Shown here piece by piece: positions 12,501-24,300 of a stretch of 58,692 nucleotides of DNA; position 1 is the first letter of the stretch, and each line of letters opens with the position of its first letter. The notes beneath the pieces are model-generated. The model searched no databases and was not told the origin of the DNA. It saw nothing but the letters and a program-made list of their open reading frames with translations. Source of the stretch: Girardia tigrina (Eukaryota); contig MQRK01218208.1 of the NCBI GenBank assembly GCA_001938485.1, forward strand, positions 1 to 58,692, in the 5' to 3' direction. The position numbers and the translations under genes were made by a program.

Positions 12501-15500
12501 CGCGAACCGGTTTTGATGTATNNNNNNNNNNNNNNNNNNNNNNNNNNNNNNNNNNNNNNNNNNNNNNNNNNNNNNNNNNNNNNNNNNNNNNNNNNNNNNN
12601 NNNNNNNNNNNNNNNNNNNNNNNNNNNNNNNNNNNNNNNNNNNNNNNNNNNNNNNNNNNNNNNNNNNNNNNNNNNNNNNNNNNNNNNNNNNNNNNNNNNN
12701 NNNNNNNNNNNNNNNNNNNNNNNNNNNNNNNNNNNNNNNNNNNNNNNNNNNNNNNNNNNNNNNNNNNNNNNNNNNNNNNNNNNNNNNNNNNNNNNNNNNN
12801 NNNNNNNNNNNNNNNNNNNNNNNNNNNNNNNNNNNNNNNNNNNNNNNNNNNNNNNNNNNNNNNNNNNNNNNNNNNNNNNNNNNNNNNNNNNNNNNNNNNN
12901 NNNNNNNNNNNNNNNNNNNNNNNNNNNNNNNNNNNNNNNNNNNNNNNNNNNNNNNNNNNNNNNNNNNNNNNNNNNNNNNNNNNNNNNNNNNNNNNNNNNN
13001 NNNNNNNNNNNNNNNNNNNNNNNNNNNNNNNNNNNNNNNNNNNNNNNNNNNNNNNNNNNNNNNNNNNNNNNNNNNNNNNNNNNNNNNNNNNNNNNNNNNN
13101 NNNNNNNNNNNNNNNNNNNNNNNNNNNNNNNNNNNNNNNNNNNNNNNNNNNNNNNNNNNNNNNNNNNNNNNNNNNNNNNNNNNNNNNNNNNNNNNNNNNN
13201 NNNNNNNNNNNNNNNNNNNNNNNNNNNNNNNNNNNNNNNNNNNNNNNNNNNNNNNNNNNNNNNNNNNNNNNNNNNNNNNNNNNNNNNNNNNNNNNNNNNN
13301 NNNNNNNNNNNNNNNNNNNNNNNNNNNNNNNNNNNNNNNNNNNNNNNNNNNNNNNNNNNTATGAGACACTACATAATTACTCAATATTATGACATCATTG
13401 CCTAACCATTGACCTATTTTTTGCATTGTGCACAATCCGTTTTCTGAAATCCGCATTTCATACTTGTACACCTAATAAATAATTAGTTATACATCGAATT
13501 ACTTTCTGGGTATATTTTGATTTTCATTGAATAAAAAGCCAGAATCAAATTAACCTAAAAATGTGAGTTACGTTCGGTCATAAGCCTCAAACACTAATAA
13601 AAGTATATAAATCTTAACTTTAATTTACAATGGGCTATTATGGTATTAGACGCGAGTATCTACAGTTCAATTAACTTTATAATTTATTTTTGGAAAATAT
13701 TAAATAGTTTGAATGTTTTTGATAATAATGGGTCATTATTAGGAAGTGATTATTTGATGTGTACGATTGAAAACGGAGGTACATTGGGAAGCACGAAAGG
13801 TGTCAATTTACCAGGAGCCAAAGTTGATTTACCGGCAGTTTCAGAAAAAGATAAAGAAGATTTACTTTTTGGAGTTGAACAGAATGTAATAATTTACATT
13901 TGTAATAAATAGAAACGGACAATAATTGATAACTTCATTTAATTGTGTCATCTAGGTTGATATCGTATTTGCATCCTTCATTCGGTCGGCAGATGCGATC
14001 CGAGAGATTCGAGAGATTCTCGGAGAAAAAGGCAAACATATTCTCATTATATCGAAAATTGAAAACCTCGAAGGAGTTCATAGGTTGGTTTAATATCGGT
14101 TTAATTGATTTTGGCTTGTTAGAATTATTTCATATTTAAATATTTATTTTTTCTTTTATTCGATTTGTTGTATTTATGATTTATATTATATTACTTTGTA
14201 TTATTATTTGTTTTTTAATATTATTCATTTTATTTTGCCATTTTATACATCTTGGTTATTATTTTTTGAGTTTAATCTCGAGAAATAAAATAATCAAAAT
14301 GGTAACTTTCATTAAAATAAAAATTCTAATGGAATTTAGTAATTAATAAATATCAAAATTAAAATTAATTTGTGTAATTTTCATGAAAATTTGAACCAAA
14401 AGAAAAGTAATGCAGAATAGAATTATTAAGAACACCAACATGGGTTTTCAAACTTTTATTTTCAATACACTCAGAATTGTCTTTTAGACAATTCTCAGTA
14501 AAACTCTCGTCATTCGACATCGTTCTAAATTGATAAATTTTTATTAATGTTTGTTCGAACAATTATTCGAACAAATTTTTCATTATATTCTGATTTTATT
14601 TTTACAGTTCAAATTTGGTAATTTTAGTCTCAATTTTATTTACATATTAATTTTATTTAAAAATTATTTTATTGAAAGAAGGTACATTTATTTAATTCAA
14701 AACTTAGTTAAAACTATTTATTTTATTTAAATTTTAATATGAAAATTTGAAAAGATTTAATATTTTTAATGTTTTTAAATATCTTATGTTGTACTTGAAA
14801 ATGTAAATTATGTTCGAATAATTATCTATCGTGAACATCCAAAATATCAATTTTCCATCTGGGTGGGAGTAACACATTTCCAAATACTAAACTCAACATA
14901 CAAAATTCAACAAACCAATTTCAACATACCAAATTTAAAATATTCCTCACAAGAATGAAATAATAAACCCAATTGAAATATTAAAAAATACAAGCATAAA
15001 TAAAAATAAAAATAAAAAAGTAATAAAAATTAATAAAACATGTTAAATAAATTGTAAACTTTATAAGTAATAATTATATCCAAAAACTTTGATCGGTTCA
15101 CATGACCATTTACTATTGGCGTCGTCGGTTTTATACTGATTTTTCTCATAAAGAGTGCTTTAAAACTTTTTCGAAATTACAAACGTTCTATTTTTATAAA
15201 TAATACAATAATACAGGGTGTCCAAAAAGTGTATACACTTTTTTAGTAATAATAAAATATTTATATAAGACAAAAAGAATTTATCATGCAGAATAAAGAT
15301 TTAATAATTTTAGATGTTAGAATGGGAGATCGTTCTTGATCAGGCACCGTTGACCTAACCAAAATAGAATGATTGATATTTTTTGGCTTGGTTTTGTACA
15401 CATTGTTTTTTAATTATCTTCCCCCAAATAGGATGTGGTACTGTGGCAAAAACATTGTTTTGTTTATTCATCATTTTGAGTAGTATGTTTGTATAAGTCC

Positions 15501-18500
15501 CGTACAGATTAATATTTCATTGTAAAAAATTTCGAACTCTGAGTAAATGCTTATGGTTTGGTCTAAACACCGCGAATTTGAACTTCAAACGGACTATTTT
15601 GATAGTTTTAATTATCCAAGGATGTTACTGTTGATGTTACTTAATTTTGAAGCAGTACTATAAATACCGCAAAAGGTGCATCATAATCGTGACTAGGGAT
15701 TGCAAATTTTGCCGAAAAAATCAAATTCGGAAATTGAATTTGAAATTTCTCGAAATTCGTTCGAAATTCGAAAAAATTTTAGCCTTTTTTAGGTATTATT
15801 AGGTGTATAACTTAGTTTTTTGGATTTTTTTGCAGAACAGACAAGTTTATTTATATGACATAATAAGTTTTATTCTAATCAAAATATTTTCCATCGTTAA
15901 TTATGACTTTCGACCATCTTTCAGGCAAATTATGAATTCCATCGAAAAAAAAGTTTTGGTCTTTTGATGCGATCCATTGTTCCAGCCATTTTTTTATATG
16001 TTCCTGGTTTCTGAAGTGCTGCTCCCAAAGAGCGCTTTGCATTGATCGGAACAGATGATAATCTGATGGGGCACAATCTGGTGAATAGGCAGCATGCGGT
16101 AGAATTTCCCATTTAAGTGTTTCCAACGTGTTTTTTACTTGTTTTGNNNNNNNNNNNNNNNNNNNNNNNNNNNNNNNNNNNNNNNNNNNNNNNNNNNNNN
16201 NNNNNNNNNNNNNNNNNNNNNNNNNNNNNNNNNNNNNNNNNNNNNNNNNNNNNNNNNNNNNNNNNNNNNNNNNNNNNNNNNNNNNNNNNNNNNNNNNNNN
16301 NNNNNNNNNNNNNNNNNNNNNNNNNNNNNNNNNNNNNNNNNNNNNNNNNNNNNNNNNNNNNNNNNNNNNNNNNNNNNNNNNNNNNNNNNNNNNNNNNNNN
16401 NNNNNNNNNNNNNNNNNNNNNNNNNNNNNNNNNNNNNNNNNNNNNNNNNNNNNNNNNNNNNNNNNNNNNNNNNNNNNNNNNNNNNNNNNNNNNNNNNNNN
16501 NNNNNNNNNNNNNNNNNNNNNNNNNNNNNNNNNNNNNNNNNNNNNNNNNNNNNNNNNNNNNNNNNNNNNNNNNNNNNNNNNNNNNNNNNNNNNNNNNNNN
16601 NNNNNNNNNNNNNNNNNNNNNNNTCCTTCTTTTTGAATCATTTTCATAGCATGTAGACGTTTACTTATGGCTGCTTGAGTAACATTTAACTGTTTTGCAA
16701 GCTCTTTCTCTGTTTGAGTAGAATCTTCCTTCAGTAATGATTGCAAATCTTAATCTTCGAATCTTTTTGGTTGACCGGAACGCTCTTTGTCGCTTACGTC
16801 GAAATCTCCACTTTTGAAACGTTTATACCAGTTCTCGCAAGTCTGTTGAGTTTCAGCACTTTAAAAATCTGTACGTACGACTGTAAAATAATGCTTATTA
16901 CAAAGGTTACACCATCTCTTAGAAAATACAAAAAACTAAGTTATACACCTAATATTAACAAAAAACAACAATTAAATTAATTAAAATTTATTAATAAAAA
17001 GGAGCATAATGATTTATGAAAATTTAGTTATCACAGAAAAATTTTCATTAGTAAAACGATAAAATTAATTATTGTTTTGTTTTAATTTGTTTAAAATGTG
17101 CTTTAAGAAAGCAGAGATCACTCAAAGCTACATCCTCTAGTCTTGATCGAACCTTTGTGGCAAAGTTACCAGCTATTGAGAACGCTCTCTCGGACTCCAC
17201 GCTCGTGGGAGGAATTACAACTAAAAACGAATACACAGACTCTAAAATATTTCCTCATATGCCATTTTCTTCGAAGAATTTCATTTCTGATTTTATTTTA
17301 GATGTTAAGTTGTTTCTCGAGTTGAGGTTTACTCAGATTACAAATTTAATTTTATTTTATTCTGCAACCTTTGGATTAAAGTTTGTTCTGTCAAAATCAT
17401 CTTTTCCACTTCATCAGATTCTGAGTCTGGTTCATCGGTTGTGGAAGTATTCATGTTGAATATTAGTCTTTGCGCAAATTTTTTTAATAACATTGACTAT
17501 TGTATTTTTTGATGGTCTAGAGCAGGGGTCTCCAAACTTTTGACAACGGGGGCCTGATGGTGCATTGGAAGATAGTCCCGTGGGCAACATATATAAATTA
17601 TGATATTAAAAACGCATAATCAGTGAATACACAGATAAATGATAAGCTTATTAATAACATGAACATATAAAATTATAATTGTAATTACATGATAGTGAAA
17701 ATTTTGAAATTATATTCAAAACAATAACATTAAATTTCATTTAATAATTATTTTTTCAAAAAATTGGATGTCTAACTAGTGAGAATGGTGTAACTGTTGA
17801 TGATTTAGTAAAATATCTGAGTAATCCGGTAGAATCTTCGAAGCACTAATCATAAGTAAGGATTTAAATGTGAGTCTGACAAAGTTCTGTATTTTGATTT
17901 GATATACTTCATTTTAGAAAAAATTTGTTCGCAAAGGTAAGTCGTGTCAAACATAGAAATAAACTGGCAAGCAAATTTTTTTAAATTTGGAAAGTGGTCC
18001 AAATCCAATTTTTTATAAAAATCAATCAAGTTTTCTTTTTTATATTTATCTTTAATACGTTCATCTGCCTGTAGTTCAATTACTTCCATTTGAAAATGGG
18101 TTGGAATATTTCCAATATCACAATCGAATGGATTTTGAAAAAAAACCTTATTTCCGCAGCATTAGCATCCAGTTCAGCAAAACGTTTCCGAAATTGTTGT
18201 TTTAGGTCTTCGATAACTATATTTGCGAAAGGCAAAGGTTATGTCCCTTGGCACGTTTTATACAATTCTGCACAGCATTGCATTTGTGTAAAATTATAAT
18301 TGTTTATTTGGCTTTCTAGCAGTAGCAACTTTGCTCTGAATGCCTTTATATTTGTGTAAAAATCGCAAATTAAATTATTTTTGCCTTGTAATTTTAAATT
18401 TAAATTGTTCATTTGATTTACCAAATCTGCAAAAATTGCCAACTTTCAGAGCCATTCACGATTTGACAAAAGTGGTTCAGAGTGATCTTTCTCGGTAAGG

Positions 18501-21337
18501 AAAATATCCTGAGCGTCGCCATATTCTGATGGTATATAAAAAAAATCGAAAAAAAACATCAAAAATTAAAAAAAAATTTTGAGACGAAAAATTTAACAAG
18601 CTTTTTATTCCATAAAAGCATAACAACAATTAATTATAGAATTTCAACTTGTCCCTCATCTCTAAGAAAACATTCATGCAAACGTCGTCTGTAGTCGGCC
18701 ACAACGCGTTCACGAAGTGCGCGGTCTCCACAGATTTCATTGACAACTCCTTCAATCGCTGCTCTCAACTCTTCGAGTGTGCTTGGACGTTGTTCGCGAT
18801 GATAAATTCGACCTTTCATGTAGCCCCACAACCAATAGTCACATGCTGTAAGATCTGGCGAGCGAGATGACCATGTAACTGGAGCAGGATGCACCCGTGT
18901 TCTGCGACCTATCCATCGATTTGGAAACTGTTGACCCAACAATTCAAGAAAATCACCAAGAATGTGTGGCGGAGCGCCGTCATGCTGCTCAATGAGATTA
19001 TTGAAATTCGGCCAAGTTTGAAGCTCTGAATTAACGTGCTCTTGATACAATTCAGTCATCCAACGACCATTGATTCCGCGCTCATTTCCTCGTCGCTCCC
19101 AAAAGTATGGGCCAACAACACCTTTGACACCAATTCCCATCCAAACTGTCAATTTTTGAGGATGAAGTCGACGAACATCACACCAATGAGGATTTTCATC
19201 GGCGAGTCTGATTGCATCTTCATCCAATCGATCCAATTCGGTTCGAGCAAACTCAATTCGAGCGGCATAGTCGGTCTCCTCCAAGGCATGAGCCATTTGC
19301 TAATGATAGGGACGTATTTGTAAGTCTTCTTTCAAAATTCGCTGCAAGCTTCTTTGTGACATACGAACTGTTCCGTGATCGTCTTCTTCGCTGTCAGTGT
19401 CGCCAGTTGAAACAAATGGATTGCGTCGAGTTGATAGATGAGGACTTGCAGTAAAGGCTTCACGGACGTCTTCAATGGGTTCTTTGGTGCGTACACGTTT
19501 TGGCTTGTTCTTTCCGCGCTTTCCATGGACACTTCCAGTCGCTCGAAAATCGTCAATCCATTTTACAATGACTCTTTTTTCGGAATCTGCTCGACCATTT
19601 CTTGTTTCACTTCGGAATCGAGTTTTGAGCTGCGCATAATAATAGGCTTCCTCAATAAGCATCAAAACGAGATGAGCTTTTTGCTGATCCGTATACGTCA
19701 TTTGCATCAAATTTTAGGGTAAAACTTTCTAAGTTCATTTAAAAAAACGCTTGTTAAATTTTTCGTCTCAAAATTTTTTTTTAATTTTTGATGTTTTTTT
19801 TCGATTTTTTTATATACCATCAGAATTTGGCAACGTTCAGGATTCTAAAAATGTATACTTTACCTATAAAAAAGTAGGTGGATAAAAAGATCCAATAGAA
19901 AAGTACCTTGGAGTTTATTTTGCGTCACCCTGTACTTATTAATGAATTATTAACTTTACAATTTAAAGTTAAATTTAAAGTTTAAATTATTGAAAATCTT
20001 TATTTGATTTTTTTATTCAATGTAAGTTGTCTACATTTGTGAAATTGTGTCGCGGGCCGTAGTTTGGAGACCCCTGATGTATGTATAAGGATTAATGGGT
20101 TTCTAACCATTCTTACTGTCACAAGGAAATTAATATTCTGTTATCTAGATGTTACTTAAATGCATCACTTTCTTATTTATTAATTCTAAGACAGAAAGTG
20201 AACTGCAGTCCGCTATCCAGAATAAATTGTCTTTATTATTACAAAAATAACAACTGCGGGAAATAATTTTTTTAATTGATAAAAAGGTTCAAGTTATTGT
20301 ATTTAAGATTTTTTTATTTATTTAAAAAATTTTTTTTCTAACTTAGAAGTAAATACTTTTTCATTTTATCACCCTAATGTGAGTCAAAAAAGAAAAGATG
20401 ATAAAGTGTAAAACTTTTAATTGTCTTGTCTCCTAATTATTTTTTATTGAAATTAATGAAACACTTTACAATGAAATTTTGCTTGTGAAAAACAATTAGA
20501 TTATCTCAGTATAGATTATCCTCAATTTAGCTTCACTAATACATTGACGAGGAATCCGTATTTGTAAATAGGAAATGTGATGAAATTACAAATGAAAATC
20601 GTTTTTTGATGGTAATTGAAACATAAAGCTTAAATCATTCTTAGTGTACGTTATTTATACCATTCGGAATATGTCACTAAATTTCAATGAGTAACTCAAT
20701 TGATCGTTGAATTCAACTCTGCTCTCCAAATGAACAAATTGGTAGAGTAATATCACTGTTAAATAAGATGGCCAGTCTTGGCCAAGGCTAATATGACTGA
20801 TTCATGCTCAGTCTCACATTCTATAATTCACTGAGATGTTTTCTGGGTCCAGTAATTAGCTTTCATATTTTATTAGTTTCACATACATTTCTAATATCTT
20901 AAAATAATCAAATTTTGGGACCACAACAAATATACCACCCGTATGAAAGTATATTTTAATTTTTATTATTCTTATAAAAAGTCAAATATTAATTAAATTA
21001 CAAGCCTTAAAATCGTTTCTCGAGAGAACAACTAATGAAACTAGATAAATTAGTCAATGAAGATTTCGAGGAAACAGAAGAATTAAAACATTACAAAGTT
21101 TCCAATAGAGATTCTAATATTGAATGTACTTTAATTTTTTATTATTAAGGATGTTAAAAAATAAAATCTTTTTTATAATCAAATCACCATGAATTTTTGC
21201 ATTTTAAGATTATATGATAATCTTATAAAATTCAAAAAATTTGTAGTAATAAATCTCCCTTTGATTTGAGTTTATATCTAAATCTTTTTTTATGGTATAC
21301 TGGACAAATAGTAATAATTTTTCATTTTTCTTTTTTA

Positions 21338-21377
<40 letters not shown>

Positions 21378-24300
21378 GGAAAACAAATTTCCATTATTGG
21401 CAATAACGCTACATATTTTTTAATATCCATTTACTGGAATAAATGAATAATCTACAATGATTAATGGCCATCTTTGCTATTAAGGACCCCTACCGCGATT
21501 TGTTAACAATATGATCATATCGGTCTACTGCACTTGGCTCACCCAAACTAATAAAAAATCATTGACAAAAGGACTGTCTTTATTTTCATGGAGGCTAGTA
21601 TGAACCATTTACCGTATGTCCGAAGTTCAACTAATTTAAATTTATTTGAAAAGTGGTTTGTACAATTAAAAGTTTTTATAAAGCATCTAAAATTCACAAA
21701 ATAAGATTGATATGTAAAGGAGTGTGACTTGGTAATATCCACAATTATAAATCATGCACCATCAGTTATAACTTTCTGAATGATCCTTTGTGTGGCTTCG
21801 GAATCAAAATATAGTTGTGAGGTGACCATAATAAATCTGTTTTAGGAAGTCCCTTTTGAAACGACAACCACATTAGAAAGTTTAATTCTTTAGCTGTTTT
21901 TAGGAAACTTAAAAAATATTCCAACTTTAACATACTTATCATTGAATTTTATAAAACTGTTTAAAATTTTTTTCCCGAAATAACTTATTTTTTAAATTTC
22001 TTTTATTTTTTTATATGTATTACTTTTTGTCATTCGTGGATTTACTTTATATGATCCAAAATCTATTTAATTTGCAAAATTAGTAAATTCATTTCCAACT
22101 TATCAGATTTGTTTATTTATATATTTCGATTCCGTTAAAATTTAGGCTAACTTAACGTAAATCAATTTTCGATTAAATTCAGATTCACTTAGATTAAATA
22201 CGTCAGACAACAATTAATCGAACACCGATTAGGGATAAATAGAAGTTCCCAAATAATTTCAATTTGGTTAGGGTTAGGGTTGTATTGAAATCATATAAGG
22301 TGTGATGATCGTCAAGTTTGACGAGCCAGGTGATCTATCATTATGATTTTTCATCATTGTCTACATTTTTAATGAACTTTTATTTAACAAAAATATCGTT
22401 CTTTCTATCGTTAAGTAAAAATATGAAATACGCGTGGTAAAATATTAATATTTGATTGATATCTTGGTAGTGCTATAGCTAAACAATGTAAATAAATGAC
22501 GCAGTGAAATGATTTTAATTGGCCATAGCGATGTATTATAGTGGTTATGTTGACACCCAGTTACTGGTTTATGGAAAATACTGACGACGTAACTGATTAA
22601 CTAGTTTAGTTAAATTGGTTCTCGATAATTTATGCTCCATTACATCTTTGTTAATTTACTATTACAGTTCTTAAAAGGTTGTTAAACAAAATGAATCGGT
22701 TTCTGTAAATTTAAAAGAATAAGAGTAGGAAATTCAATTTTTACCACGTTTTTCTTAGCTTGGTTTCTTGTCTGTCTGGAACAAATCTTGCGATTGATTT
22801 TTCGACCACTTTCAGTCATCCAATTGAGCTGAATTTTTTATACAGGCTTGCTTCCGATGACAATACAATATTTTAAAACATTTACGGCTCTACATAAACC
22901 GCATATGCTATTATTTAACTTTATGAAAAAAATCAATAATATTAATACGTACAAAAAAATTATTTTGAAATAAAAAAACTTGCTTTTATTAAAATAAAAC
23001 TTTGTTATTTTGGTTTTATTATCATTTCTGTTATTCGAAATCAATCGAAAGATTTGAATTCCTAAATGATAACTAAAAATAGTTAAATAATATTATTAAT
23101 AAAAAAAAATTTTTTTAAAAACAACCACGTTTTTCAAGCATTACCAATGCACTAAAAGAGGAAAATAATTTTTTTTCTAGACATGTGCGAAATTTTATAC
23201 GTAACCAAAAACGTGGGGCATAGAAATGATCGATTGTTACTAAAAAGCAGTAACTTTAAAATAATTTGTTTTCTTTCACTTCCTGATAGGCGAAATTCTT
23301 CTAAAATTTAAAAATTTTATTCTAGTTTCTAAAACCAAAATATTATGTTTTTAACATACTATTGATTCAGAAATCCGCCCCACGTTTTTGGTTAGGTATA
23401 AAATTATTTTTTTTCTCTTTTTGCTTGAAAAACGTGGTTGTTTTTATAAAAATTTTTTTTATTAATAATATTATTTTTTACATTCAAATGCTCTATTATA
23501 TTTACAAGAAATGAACTTTTGTTTTTTTCAAATTTGCAACAGAATAAGAGTTTTATAAAATCAAACACGAATATAAGAACTATTCCTTGTCACATCTGAT
23601 AATATTAATGATCTTTACAGATAATTTATGCTTAAAATTGGCTTTTTTAATATCTCTTAAATAAAATAAATCTAGCACAGATATTTTTCTCACATACATA
23701 ATGGAAATATCTTACACTTAAATTATGTTTTAGATTTAATTAATCGAGAGAATGATTTAAGAGGTCCACGTTACGGGCCTATTTGAATTCCGTTTTCAAT
23801 CGGATTCTGAGCAGAATTACTAACTTAAACATCTTTTATTTGATTAAGAATTGTGTTTCAAACGACAAACTGTTTATTTTTCTTTACAATAAGTTTTTAT
23901 GTTTACCTAACATCATTTCTCTAATGTTTAAAATGATCTATATGAAATTTAAATCTGATTAAAATTTAATTGATTCTGAGTAAAAAAATAAATAATTAAA
24001 TTCAATTAATTACGAGTATTTTTTATTATTTTAGCTTAACAAGAACTTATTAACAAGTTCATTGTAGAAAACTATTTGACAACTTAATAGATGAATGGAG
24101 CATTACATAATTATTTTAAATAATTTAAAATGTTATCATAAGGTGATTTTATTTTATATATTTGACACATTATTTTTCGACGCATGTATCTCCTTTCGTT
24201 CGTAAAATAAACTGTTGTAATATATTGTACTACATCTATTTTTGAGTCTTGTGAACGCTAATTTAATAATTTTGTTAAATCTATTTTAAGAAATCGATTA

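Noticed and set aside
12296-13471. Long ORFs spanning N runs (also ~16117-16746, 32189-32543, 46492-47777, 49610-49837)
   Set aside because: Their length comes from assembly gaps; only the flanks carry information
20100-22900. Possible decayed transposase remnants in intron 4
   Set aside because: No motif was recognisable with enough confidence to name
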